From assembly GCA_947259175.1 (NCBI GenBank), contig CAMYKW010000005.1:1732-65731 (forward strand): a DNA stretch of 64,000 nucleotides. The letters run 5' to 3'. Shown here piece by piece: positions 53,195 through 62,948 of this stretch. The notes beneath the pieces are model-generated. The model did no database searches, was not told where the DNA came from, and was given only the letters and a program-made list of their open reading frames with translations. Source of the stretch: an uncultured Gammaproteobacteria bacterium. Its GTDB lineage: Bacteria; Pseudomonadota; Gammaproteobacteria; Arenicellales; JAANXG01. Position 1 is the stretch's first letter; every line of letters starts with the position of its first letter. The position numbers were made by a program, and so were the translations under genes.

Positions 53195-54094
53195 CTACTC
53201 GTTGGTTACCCCGTGGGGTACATGACCTGTCGGCACGTGCTGGCGCGCAGATTCACAGTGATCCCGCTGATCGTCAAAGAATATGTCGGCGCCGAATGTG
53301 CGCAGGAACTCACCCTTGTCCATGCCGCCGAGAAACACCGCTTCGTCGATGCGAATGTCCCAGGCGCGCAAGGTGCGAATCACCCGTTCATGGGCGGGCG
53401 CCGAACGCGCGGTGAACAAGGCGGTGCGAATCGGCGCATCGTCGGAGGGAAACTCCGATTGAATACGGTGCAACGCGCGCAGCACATCTTTGAACGGCCC
53501 CCCCGGCAGCGGTTTTTTCGCCGCCGCCACCTCCGACGCGGTGAACGCCTCCAGCCCCCCGTTCTTGAACACCCGTTCCGCCTCGTCCGCGAACAACACG
53601 GCATCGCCGTCGAAGGCGATCCGCAGTTCGTCAGTCTCATTCATTCCCACGTTTGACGGCAGGATGGTCGCCGCTGCGAATCCGGCATCCAGGGCAGACC
53701 TGACATCCAACGGGTCCGCGGACAGAAATAAATTGGCATTGAAGGGACGCACGTACCGGTACGGGCTGATGCCGCCGGTGAACGCCGCGCGGCTGATATC
53801 CATGCCATAGTGCTGGATCGAGTTGAAAACGCGCAGGCCGGTATCCGCGCTGTTGCGGGAGATCAATATCACTTCAACGCGATCGCGCTCGTGATTCAGC
53901 CGGTTCAAACGCAATAGTTTCTGTACCAGGGGAAATGCAACACCCGGGTTGAGGACTTCGTTCTCGTGTTCGATCTGGTAACGGCAGTAGGCGTCCACTC
54001 CCTGTTGTTCGAACACGCGATGGCTCTCCTCGAGGTCAAACAACGCCCGCGATGAAATTGCAACCACCAGCTTCTGATTCGCTGAATCCGGCAT
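53195..54094 (-). CDS. 5'-nucleotidase (cN-I-like family)
   Basis: LVVAISSRALF, RIAFDGDAVLF, TARSAPAHER, IFFDDQ. Confidence 0.92.
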   Translation of the reverse strand: MPDSANQKLVVAISSRALFDLEESHRVFEQQGVDAYCRYQIEHENEVLNPGVAFPLVQKLLRLNRLNHERDRVEVILISRNSADTGLRVFNSIQHYGMDISRAAFTGGISPYRYVRPFNANLFLSADPLDVRSALDAGFAAATILPSNVGMNETDELRIAFDGDAVLFADEAERVFKNGGLEAFTASEVAAAKKPLPGGPFKDVLRALHRIQSEFPSDDAPIRTALFTARSAPAHERVIRTLRAWDIRIDEAVFLGGMDKGEFLRTFGADIFFDDQRDHCESARQHVPTGHVPHGVTNE

Positions 54095-54126
54095 ATCCTC
54101 AATAATGTCTCAGCAATTCACAAAAT

Positions 54127-54203
54127 GCACCTAAACATGCTCTGATTATTTCAGAGGTGCCGAGAAAAACGAAAATCGCACTTTTCGTTTTTCGAGCTCT
54201 GAT
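54127..54203 (-). promoter_or_regulatory. Hairpin cluster upstream of the 5'-nucleotidase (terminator, attenuator or operator)
   Basis: Perfect 12-bp IR 54164-54175/54182-54193; CTCTGA can pair with either of two TCAGAG copies; GCACCT...AGGTGC followed by ATTTTG. Confidence 0.45.
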
Positions 54204-54245
54204 CACACCGGGATGGCTTATTCAGAGCTTCCCGAACAATACCGG

Positions 54246-57200
54246 CTACGCCCCCCGGTACGGCCACTCCCGCCAACGCCGGAGCAGAGGAAAATATAAC
54301 CCAAGGCGGATCGTGCGGTCTTCCATGGCCCCGATCATGCGCGCATAGCATTCAAGTTGGGACCGGTAACGCTGCACCTCGCGATCGAGAAACTCCTCCA
54401 AGCGTCCGCCGCGGTGGGCACTGCTTTTAAAGTCCACGATCCAGCGGATACCGTTACGGTCTATGAACGTTCGGTCGATACGTATGTGCCTGACCACGCC
54501 GTCGACTACGCCGCTCAGCGCGTATTCGCTGTGCACGTCGCGGTGCGTGGCGTCGAACAGCCACCGCCCGCGCGGGTCCTCGGCGATGTCCCGTGCGACT
54601 TGCTGCAGTTGGATCAAATACGCCTGCAGCTCGTCGTCCGCGATACCGCGCGCCTTGAGCGCTTTACGCCAACGCGCGAGCTGCGGTTGAACATCGCGGT
54701 CGCCAGACGCCAGGCCTTCCCGGGTGGGCAGCTGCTGCAAGTACTCATGAACCAGGATGCCGAGTTGCCGGGTCTTTTCGCCCACCCAGGAAAACTCGAT
54801 GTCGGCGCCGACCCCACGGTCCGGCGGCGGCATGACTGCCGGCATGGGCGTGGCGGGTTCGGGGACGCGCCAATCCACCGGCAGCCGCTGCAGCGGTCCT
54901 GGCGACGTCACCGGCGTCTTGGCCGCCGGGACCTGGCGGCCACCGGCGGCCGCGAATTCCGGCTGCACCACGGGCCACAATCGGTGTAAAAAGCTTGTTA
55001 CCGCGGGTGCGCCGACCCGCCCATCGGGCAAGCTGTCAGCGGCCGCAATCAGGTGCAGATTACGGCGGGCACGGGTGCAGCCCACATAGAGCAGGCGGGC
55101 CACCTCGAAGGCGTCCTTGTCCGCGCGCAGCTGGCGCAGGCAGTCGTAGTGGGGATCGGCGCGGCGTCCGGGTCCCGGCAACGGCGCCAACAGCAGGCTT
55201 TCACCGTGCGCCGTCGCGTCCTCCTCCCACAACAGCAGCTTGGACTCTTCGTGTCGCGGCGTGCGCTCCAAGGCCGGGATAATGACGGTGTCGAATTCCA
55301 GGCCTTTGGCCTTGTGCACGGTCATGATCTGCACTGTGGCATCCGGATCGACTTCCGGCCGCACCCAGGTATCGTGCAGCGCGCGCCGCAGGGCTGAACT
55401 GTTCGCGACGCGCCCGCCGGCGTCGTGTTCGCCGAGCAATGCAAGGAAGTTATCGGCATAACCGAGCGCCCGCGGCGACACGCATGCGGGACCTCCTAGC
55501 TGCTCCCAGGTCCTCGCCACCCAGTCACGTAGCGAGCCGCGGCCGCGATGTGCCAGGGATTGCCCAATCACCGACGCCGTCCGCTCGGCGCGCTGCCGCC
55601 CTTCGGCGCCCAGTGTGGCGAGCACGGATTGCGATTGCAGCTGATCCCATACACAGCGCCCGGCGTCATCCGCCACCAGCGAAAAAAGATCCCGCAAGCT
55701 CAGTCCGCACCAGGGCGCTTTGAGGATTGCCAGCCACGCCATGCGGTCCGCCGGATTCAGCAGCGCCTGGGTCAGGGACAGCAGGTCCTGAACCACGGGC
55801 TGGCGCACCAGGCTGTCGATCTCAACACCGACGTATTCAACACCGGCGTGATTGAGCGCCGGAATGATCTCGCGCAGATGCGTTCGGCTGCGCACCAGCA
55901 CCGCCACGCTATGTTGCGGCCGTTGGCGGCGGGTTTGCGTGATCACTTCCGCGACCATCCGCGCTTGTGTTACGCGTTGCGCATCCCGCAACGGATGAAC
56001 GCTAACGCCGCAATTGGCGGAGGCTGCGACCGCCGCGGCGGATGGCGCGAACGTCACCGCACCGCGCCGCGCAGCGGAAGGCGTCGGCGGATGTGTATGA
56101 AAACACCGGTTGATCCACGCGACAATGCTCGGATCCGAGCGAAAATTCGCCTCGAGGCTTAGGGATTCGGTGCGCACGCTGCCCAACCCTCCCGCGACCA
56201 CCTGTTCGAACAGCCCCACCTCGGCTTCCCGGAAGCGGTAGATGGACTGCATGGGATCGCCAACCAGGAACAAAGTCCTGCCGTCTTCCGGCTGCCAGCC
56301 TGCGGTCAATCGCTGCAGCAAGGCGAATTGACTGAGCGACGTGTCCTGAAACTCGTCCACCAGGAGATGCTGAATACGGTAATCCAAAGCCAACGCCAGA
56401 TCGGTGGGATTATCCGGTTCCCCGAGCGCCCAGTTGGCGCGCCGATTGAGTTCGATGAAATCAACACAGCCGGCCCCGGCGAATATCACGTCGAGCTGCG
56501 CCGCCGCCAAGGGCAACAGACGGATCAGCGACGAAACGACTTGCCATTGCTCATCGGTGTATCGCGAATCCGGTAAACGGGACACACTCCCCAACGCACA
56601 GCGGAACTTTTCGTGTGCCGCCAGCGCCTGCAGCGTATCGTGCATGCGTTGGCGCATCATCTGTGCGCGGGGCGACTTGCCGGCGGGGAATCCGTGCCTT
56701 TTGTCCACCTTCTGCCGCCAACCGCCGTCTTTGCGCAACAGCAATTCCGACAATCCCCGCCAGCGCGGCAGGTCGGCGCTGGCTGTGCCGGGGAAACCGC
56801 CACCGCCACCCCACGCGTTAAGCGGTGACGCGAGTTGCGACGGCGCCAATTGCTGTGCCGCGTATGTGGCGCACGCCACCAGTTCCTCGGCCATGGCCTC
56901 AGGCAGCACACGGCGCGCTGCCGACAGCTCACGTTCCGTCAGCTGTTCCCACGCCGATTCCAGGGAAGCGCGCCGGGCGTCGGATTCGCACTCCAATCCC
57001 CCGCCGATGTGCCGCAACCATTGGTCGCGGCGGCGCAACATCTCGACGATCAGTTCCACCGCGCGGGACACACGGTTATCCACGTGCGCCAGCAGTACGG
57101 CGACCGCCTGCGACCAGGACCGCTCGGCGCCACCGAGCAACCACACTGTACGCAGCGCAGCTTCGCGGTAAAGCTCGGAAGCGTCTTCGACTACCGACAG

Positions 57201-57614
57201 CGTCGCACCGGAACGGGATAACAGCGGGAGCTGGCTGGTCAAGGCCGCGCACAGTGCATCGATGGTCTGGATGCGAAGTCGCGCCGGATGTTGTTCGAGC
57301 CGCCAATCCCGCGCCTGGTTGTTGCGCCACGCCTCATTCGCCACCCGCCAGAGCTCCCGTTCGAATTCGTCTTTGGGGCATGGCTGCTGCGCCCGCCTCA
57401 CTGCATCCAACACTCGCTCGCGCATCTCCGCGGCCGCCTTTCTGGTGAAGGTGATCGCCACCACCTCCTCGGGGTGATGGACTCGTGACAGCAATACCAG
57501 GAACCTGCGAATCAGCAGTTCGGTCTTTCCCGATCCCGCCGGCGCTTGGACGATGAACGAGGTGTGCGGATCCAGCGCCCGCTGTCTCACAGGGTGGTCC
57601 GCGGGCTTAGTCAT
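54246..57614 (-). CDS. AddA-like UvrD helicase with C-terminal nuclease
   Basis: APAGSGKT, LVDEFQD, VGDPMQSIY, TVHKAKGLE, RIDR..IVDFK; start refined to MTKPADH. Confidence 0.9.
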   Translation of the reverse strand: MTKPADHPVRQRALDPHTSFIVQAPAGSGKTELLIRRFLVLLSRVHHPEEVVAITFTRKAAAEMRERVLDAVRRAQQPCPKDEFERELWRVANEAWRNNQARDWRLEQHPARLRIQTIDALCAALTSQLPLLSRSGATLSVVEDASELYREAALRTVWLLGGAERSWSQAVAVLLAHVDNRVSRAVELIVEMLRRRDQWLRHIGGGLECESDARRASLESAWEQLTERELSAARRVLPEAMAEELVACATYAAQQLAPSQLASPLNAWGGGGGFPGTASADLPRWRGLSELLLRKDGGWRQKVDKRHGFPAGKSPRAQMMRQRMHDTLQALAAHEKFRCALGSVSRLPDSRYTDEQWQVVSSLIRLLPLAAAQLDVIFAGAGCVDFIELNRRANWALGEPDNPTDLALALDYRIQHLLVDEFQDTSLSQFALLQRLTAGWQPEDGRTLFLVGDPMQSIYRFREAEVGLFEQVVAGGLGSVRTESLSLEANFRSDPSIVAWINRCFHTHPPTPSAARRGAVTFAPSAAAVAASANCGVSVHPLRDAQRVTQARMVAEVITQTRRQRPQHSVAVLVRSRTHLREIIPALNHAGVEYVGVEIDSLVRQPVVQDLLSLTQALLNPADRMAWLAILKAPWCGLSLRDLFSLVADDAGRCVWDQLQSQSVLATLGAEGRQRAERTASVIGQSLAHRGRGSLRDWVARTWEQLGGPACVSPRALGYADNFLALLGEHDAGGRVANSSALRRALHDTWVRPEVDPDATVQIMTVHKAKGLEFDTVIIPALERTPRHEESKLLLWEEDATAHGESLLLAPLPGPGRRADPHYDCLRQLRADKDAFEVARLLYVGCTRARRNLHLIAAADSLPDGRVGAPAVTSFLHRLWPVVQPEFAAAGGRQVPAAKTPVTSPGPLQRLPVDWRVPEPATPMPAVMPPPDRGVGADIEFSWVGEKTRQLGILVHEYLQQLPTREGLASGDRDVQPQLARWRKALKARGIADDELQAYLIQLQQVARDIAEDPRGRWLFDATHRDVHSEYALSGVVDGVVRHIRIDRTFIDRNGIRWIVDFKSSAHRGGRLEEFLDREVQRYRSQLECYARMIGAMEDRTIRLGLYFPLLRRWREWPYRGA

Positions 57615-60309
57615 TCCCATCCTCTTCGTAATCCGCGCCGTCCCGCTCGAATACGCGGCACACCGGCCGCACATCACAGTGTTGACACTCGGTGGGTGAT
57701 TTCGGATCCACCTGAGCTTCACCGTCGCGTATCGCCGCGGCCAGGCGCTCGATCACCGTGCGCCACTGGCGCTGCTGTGCGGTCCAATCGCGTCCGCCGC
57801 TGAACTTGCTGTCCGCGAAAGACTGAATTCCGGGCGCCATGGCGACGGACCCCAGACCCTTGATTGTGCACTCTCCGCGCCGCACCTGCGCAAACGCAAG
57901 GGCGGAGACCGGTTCCCGCATCGACAGCAGGTACACCGGCAGTTGCGGGTCGCCGGGCCGGTCACCGAACCATTGACTCACACCGGCATTCAGGCCGGTC
58001 TTGTAGTCAAATACGATGATCGCGCCGTCCTCGCACCGGTCCACGCGATCGGCGCGCAACGAAAACTCGACACCCGCGGCGGTAAACGAGGTCTGTTGTT
58101 CGCCGGCGACGACCGCGAAGGGGTCACGGGTCCGCTCGAGTTCGAGCCACTCTGCGATCAGCGCCTGCAAACGTTGACGTTCCAAGGCGATGAACTCGCG
58201 GCGAAAACGCGGGTCGTCTGCGGCGACCATCGGTGACAACACCCGCTGCACCTCGTCGCTGATCAAAGCACTCAAATCCGTCGACGATGCGCGCACCAGC
58301 GCGGTCTGTCCCGCGATGCGGCGCCACACCCGGGCCAGGCATTGGTGCACGATGCTTCCCCGCTCGGCCGCGGATAAACCGAACTCGATTTCAGGAATCG
58401 ATTCGGCGCCCAGGCGATGGCGGGCGAAGCCGCGAAATGGACATGCCGCCTGATCCCGAATTGCGCCGACCCCGCCGGTCAACTTTTGTGCGGGCGACAG
58501 CGGCGGACCGTGCCCATCGTGCAAGCGCTCTAAAACCGGGCGCGCCTGGTTGATCTGACGGACATAGCCGCTGTAGTCGCTGACGCGGATCGCGCCGGGC
58601 ACCGCTTCCGGCACCTGCGCAAACAGCGGGCTGAGTTCGCACGGCTGCTCGCCGCGCCGCTGCGGACAACTGACCACGACTTGCGGGGCGCTGCCGAGCA
58701 GGCGATCGGTAATGGCGGCCGCGTGCGCCAATGTCCGCTCGGCGCTCGCACCGGGCATGGCGCACCGGCGTTGCAGCGCGTACGGCAGGAATGGATTGGG
58801 GCGAACCACCGGGGGCCATTGATCATTGCTCATGCCGGCAAGCCACAGATGGGCGAATTCCATGCCCCCGGCCTCCATCACGCCCATGATCTGCACCGGG
58901 GCCGGCGACGTTTGCGGCTGGAAGACACGGGCGCGCAGCATGCGCTTAAACACCCGCAGGGCCTCGTGCATGGACAACTTCGCAGTGACCAACCCCAGGC
59001 CGGCGAAACGGACCAGCGATTCGCGCCACGCCTCGACCGCCTGGTATTCGGCGCTGTTGAGTGCGCGCTCGCCGGGCCAGCCCATCATGTGCAGGCAGCG
59101 GGCGAATAGATCGGCCCACACCGCCGGTGGCCGCAGTGCCGAGCGATCGACGCCGGCCGCCGTGACCCGGTCCAGGGATGCGCAAAGCAGCGGACATTCC
59201 CCCGGCCGCGCCCGCAGCAGGCGGTGGAGACCTTCCAGACCGATTCGTTGCAAACCGGATTTGCGCAACCGCCGGTCGAGCCGGCCGCGGACGGCGTATT
59301 CGCCGGTTCCGCCGCCGATGAACGGACTCAAGATCACGTCGGACAGGTCTTCATACGGCCGCGCCTCGGCCAGGCATGACAGTACCAGCAGCCCGTGCGC
59401 GACGATCGGGGTGAGGGCCAACGGTTGACCCAGCGACAGGTGAAACAGCCGTTGCTGCGCGGGATCACCGCCGACTCCCTGGAGCGGATGCAGGATGTTG
59501 TCGAACACATGCCGCACCTCATCACACAGCGGAGCCAGGTCAAGAAACACCACGCCCACAGGTCCCGGTTCACCGCGCTCGAGCAACGCGCGCGCCCAGC
59601 GCGCCGCTGATTCGATCTCATGGCTGGGATCGCGGCAACCGAGAAAACGAGCGTTTGCGGCCGGATCCGCCGCGGAAATCACACTCACGTCTATACCGCT
59701 GGCCATGAACCGGTCACGCAGCGCCAGCTGCGACGGCGTGAGCTGGTCGAAGCCCAACCACGTGATACCGGCGCCGTATCTCCCCGCGGTTGCGCTCATC
59801 GCCCTGCCGATTCGCTCGCCAAGCTCGCTGCGGCTCAACCATCCGTGCGCATCGGTGCGTTGCAGGAACTCACGCGCATAATCGCGAAATGCCCTGGCAT
59901 CCTGATTGAGGCCGTGATTGAGGTCATTCAGGTTCAGATTCCAGCCGCGCAAGAGATGCCAGGCGTTTCTTATCGACTTCGCGGTTGCTTCCACTTGCAG
60001 CAGGCCCAATTCGGGCCGCCGTTCCTGGTGTTCACGAATAATCCCTTCCCACAGCCAGAGCTCCTGTCCCTCGTCGAGCAACACCGGCAAATCCATTCCC
60101 CCGGCGCCGTCGGCTTCAAGCTCGCGCCAGCATTGCGACAACCAATCATCCCAGAACAGTACCGCCGGGGTCGGCCACACGGCAAGATCCCCGCGCTGCT
60201 TGGCGTCGGCATAGCGCTCCAGGACAAAGCGGCGCAGGCGCCGGGTCGCGGTAACCAACACGCCGCCGCGATCCAGGAAGGAGATGAGCTGGTCTAATCT
60301 CGAAGTCAC
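57607..60309 (-). CDS. AddB-like PD-(D/E)XK nuclease subunit
   Basis: ACPFRGF plus CQHCDVRPVC (Fe-S staple pattern), RADRVD..FDYK; overlaps addA start; start uncertain. Confidence 0.87.
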   Translation of the reverse strand: MTSRLDQLISFLDRGGVLVTATRRLRRFVLERYADAKQRGDLAVWPTPAVLFWDDWLSQCWRELEADGAGGMDLPVLLDEGQELWLWEGIIREHQERRPELGLLQVEATAKSIRNAWHLLRGWNLNLNDLNHGLNQDARAFRDYAREFLQRTDAHGWLSRSELGERIGRAMSATAGRYGAGITWLGFDQLTPSQLALRDRFMASGIDVSVISAADPAANARFLGCRDPSHEIESAARWARALLERGEPGPVGVVFLDLAPLCDEVRHVFDNILHPLQGVGGDPAQQRLFHLSLGQPLALTPIVAHGLLVLSCLAEARPYEDLSDVILSPFIGGGTGEYAVRGRLDRRLRKSGLQRIGLEGLHRLLRARPGECPLLCASLDRVTAAGVDRSALRPPAVWADLFARCLHMMGWPGERALNSAEYQAVEAWRESLVRFAGLGLVTAKLSMHEALRVFKRMLRARVFQPQTSPAPVQIMGVMEAGGMEFAHLWLAGMSNDQWPPVVRPNPFLPYALQRRCAMPGASAERTLAHAAAITDRLLGSAPQVVVSCPQRRGEQPCELSPLFAQVPEAVPGAIRVSDYSGYVRQINQARPVLERLHDGHGPPLSPAQKLTGGVGAIRDQAACPFRGFARHRLGAESIPEIEFGLSAAERGSIVHQCLARVWRRIAGQTALVRASSTDLSALISDEVQRVLSPMVAADDPRFRREFIALERQRLQALIAEWLELERTRDPFAVVAGEQQTSFTAAGVEFSLRADRVDRCEDGAIIVFDYKTGLNAGVSQWFGDRPGDPQLPVYLLSMREPVSALAFAQVRRGECTIKGLGSVAMAPGIQSFADSKFSGGRDWTAQQRQWRTVIERLAAAIRDGEAQVDPKSPTECQHCDVRPVCRVFERDGADYEEDGND

Positions 60310-60341
60310 TGAACGCGCGAATGTCGAGGGCGGATTCCCTG

Positions 60342-61067
60342 TCAGACTCGGGTGACTACCGCCAGTAGCCGGAATGCAGAAAACCGGCCCAGCGCCGGAA
60401 GCAGGCGTTGTTCCAGTCGCAGCGTCGGGGATACCAGGCGCTGCGGAATGAGGCTCCATTTTTTGAAGCCGCCGGACAAGGGATACGCAAACAGGCTCAA
60501 TAATACAGTCTTGGTTATTCTCAGGCTTGGAAACAGGGCGTGAAAACGCCGCCGGTAGTTGCGAAACAATAAGGTCGGAATCGCCTGATTCGATGCATAG
60601 GGATCTTTGTCCGCGGACGCCACACGCGCAAAAGGATCCTGGCGCATATCAACGGTTTCGTGGTGCAGGTAGTTGTAAAAGACCCAGCTGACCGGCGTTA
60701 TTGCCGGCTCCAGGAGCACCAATCTTCCCCCCGATCGCAGGGTTCGTTCGGCTTCGCGGAAAAAACCCGGAGGATCGGCGAGGTGGTGCAGCACGTCGAA
60801 CATAACGATGTTGTCGAAGCTCGCTGGTGCGAACGGCAGTCGTTGCGCGTCGCAGACCGCGTCCAACCACGGGGCCGGCAGAATATCCACGGTCAACAAG
60901 TCGGCGGCGAATTGCTTCAAGTTGCCGACGCCGCCGCCGATCTCCAAGGTGGGTCCCGGCCGGCATTCATCGAGAATCAGCCGATAGTAGTGGCTGTAGA
61001 TCTCCCGCAGCACCGGTTTGTTCTGCCAAACCGCGGCGAACTCCTGCAGCCTTGCGTCTATATTCAT
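60342..61067 (-). CDS. Class I SAM-dependent methyltransferase
   Basis: LEIGGGVG, DAQRLPF, DVLHHL. Confidence 0.88.
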   Translation of the reverse strand: MNIDARLQEFAAVWQNKPVLREIYSHYYRLILDECRPGPTLEIGGGVGNLKQFAADLLTVDILPAPWLDAVCDAQRLPFAPASFDNIVMFDVLHHLADPPGFFREAERTLRSGGRLVLLEPAITPVSWVFYNYLHHETVDMRQDPFARVASADKDPYASNQAIPTLLFRNYRRRFHALFPSLRITKTVLLSLFAYPLSGGFKKWSLIPQRLVSPTLRLEQRLLPALGRFSAFRLLAVVTRV

Positions 61068-61154
61068 GGAATCAAGCTTAGATGGAGCTCAACGCAATCG
61101 AATCGTAACTTTGCAAGCCATCGCAACAATGACAACACGCCGGAATGATATATA

Positions 61155-62666
61155 GTGATAGCTAAACTAACACACTCCCGTTCACAAGCATTCAAAGAAA
61201 TCGTGTCATCCGATCCCACACCCGATTCGATTAACATCCACGGTATCGAGGAGTACCGCGAAGAACGCGCCCGGCATTGGGATGCACAGGCCGAGCGTAC
61301 CTATCGGTGGGCGCAACCGGCCCAGGCCTATCATGCGCGCCTCAACGAGATCTACCGGCTGCTGGTGCCTGCCGGTTCACGGGTCGTCGAGCTCGGTTGC
61401 GGCACCGGCGACCTGCTGGCGGCCTTGAAACCGGGTTACGGATTGGGCGTCGAAGTTTCGCGCGGCATGCTGGACCAGGCGGCAAGAGAATATCCGCATT
61501 TGGCCTTTACCCATGCCGACGCCCACGACCTGAGTGGGATTGACGAAACCTTCGATTTCGTAGTGTTGTCCGATTTGTTGAACGAACTGCACGATGTGCA
61601 GACCGCGTTGAACGAAGTACGACGCCTGTGCCATCGCCGCACGCGGATCATATGCAACTTCCACAGCCACCTTTGGTATTTTCCGCTGCACCTGGCCAGG
61701 CACAGCGGATTGGCGACACCCACATTGCCGCAGAACTGGCTGACCAAAGAAGATGTGCGGAATCTTTGCACCCTCGCCGGTCTGGAATTCATCACCAGTT
61801 GGGAAGAGATTCTGCTGCCGCTGCGCGTGCCGGTGATTGACACTCTGTGCAATAAGTTTCTTTGCAAGATCTGGCCGTTCAATCACCTGGCGCTTACGCA
61901 TATGATGGTCGCGCGGTTGCAGCCCACCCCACTTGAGCACGGCAAACAGCCCAGCGTAAGCATCGTCGTGCCGGCGCGCAATGAAGCCGGCAACATCACC
62001 GCGATCATGGAACGGACGCCCGATCTGGGGTCGCATACCGAGCTGATTTTCGTCGAGGGCGGCTCCTCGGACAACACCCGCGAAACCATCCAGAATCTGG
62101 TCGACGGTCAAACGCGGTTGCCGGCCCGTTTGTTCGAACAAAGCGGACGCGGAAAAGGCGACGCGGTGCGCCTGGGATTCGCGGAAGCGAAAAACGACGT
62201 GTTGATCATTCTGGATGCGGATCTGTCCGTCGCCCCGGAGGATCTAACTCGCTTCTTTGACGCGCTGGTCGCAAACAAGGGCGAGTTCATCAACGGCGTT
62301 CGACTGGTTTATCCCATGCAGAAAAAGGCCATGCGTTTTTTCAACCTGTTGGGCAACAAGTTTTTCAGCCTCGGGTTTTCCTATGTCCTGGGGCAACCGG
62401 TCAAGGACACCCTTTGCGGCACCAAGGTTCTGTATCGCAGCGACTACCAGAGAATCGCCGATAACCGAGCGTACTTCGGCAATTTCGATCCGTTCGGCGA
62501 CTTCGACTTGTTGTTCGGCGCCGCGAAACAATCCTTTCGCATTGTTGACATTCCGATCCGTTATCAGGCCCGGGTCTACGGGGAGACCAATATCAGCCGT
62601 TGGAGCGACGGCTGGCTGTTGATAAAGATGCTGGCCATCGCCGCCAAAAAGCTTAAATTCGTTTAG
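61155..62666 (+). CDS. Fused class I methyltransferase and GT2 (DPM1-like) glycosyltransferase
   Basis: ELGCGTG N-domain; VVPARNE, ILDADL and DTLCGTK C-domain; start uncertain. Confidence 0.88.
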   Translation: MIAKLTHSRSQAFKEIVSSDPTPDSINIHGIEEYREERARHWDAQAERTYRWAQPAQAYHARLNEIYRLLVPAGSRVVELGCGTGDLLAALKPGYGLGVEVSRGMLDQAAREYPHLAFTHADAHDLSGIDETFDFVVLSDLLNELHDVQTALNEVRRLCHRRTRIICNFHSHLWYFPLHLARHSGLATPTLPQNWLTKEDVRNLCTLAGLEFITSWEEILLPLRVPVIDTLCNKFLCKIWPFNHLALTHMMVARLQPTPLEHGKQPSVSIVVPARNEAGNITAIMERTPDLGSHTELIFVEGGSSDNTRETIQNLVDGQTRLPARLFEQSGRGKGDAVRLGFAEAKNDVLIILDADLSVAPEDLTRFFDALVANKGEFINGVRLVYPMQKKAMRFFNLLGNKFFSLGFSYVLGQPVKDTLCGTKVLYRSDYQRIADNRAYFGNFDPFGDFDLLFGAAKQSFRIVDIPIRYQARVYGETNISRWSDGWLLIKMLAIAAKKLKFV

Positions 62667-62758
62667 CTGCGCCCGAACCGCGGCTGTTCGCTGTAATACG
62701 AAGCATATAAACAAGCCGTTCTCTTCTGCGCCACGCTGGGTTAGCATGTGCGGCCCTG

Positions 62759-62926
62759 GCCCGCATTTCTTACCAGGCGCCCAGCTACTATTCTGGCATG
62801 CACCTGAAAGACTCGTTACGCCATTGATATGAAGAGACAACTTAAATTCCTGATGTGGATTGCTGAGAATAGTAGCTGGGCACGAGTCCTGCGCCGGCAT
62901 CCGGGATCCTGGTGAGAAATGCGGGC
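62759..62926 (-). mobile_element. ERIC-like miniature palindromic element, copy 3 (short, inverted, one cassette)
   Basis: Terminal IRs 62759-62777 and 62908-62926 with 1 mismatch; CTAG at 62926-62929; central hairpin absent. Confidence 0.88.
62778..62881 (-). repeat. Nested inverted-arm cassette C
   Basis: Perfect 16-bp arms 62779-62794 and 62866-62881 around a 71-nt core alignable with cores A and B. Confidence 0.88.
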
Positions 62927-62948
62927 TAGTCCCAACGGATCGGACGCG

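Noticed and set aside
60310-60459. N-terminal extensions in the ORF track (addB; also aspS, proA, rsfS, trpD, nitrilase, degQ)
   Set aside because: They overlap neighbouring genes or precede the family-typical start, so downstream starts were used
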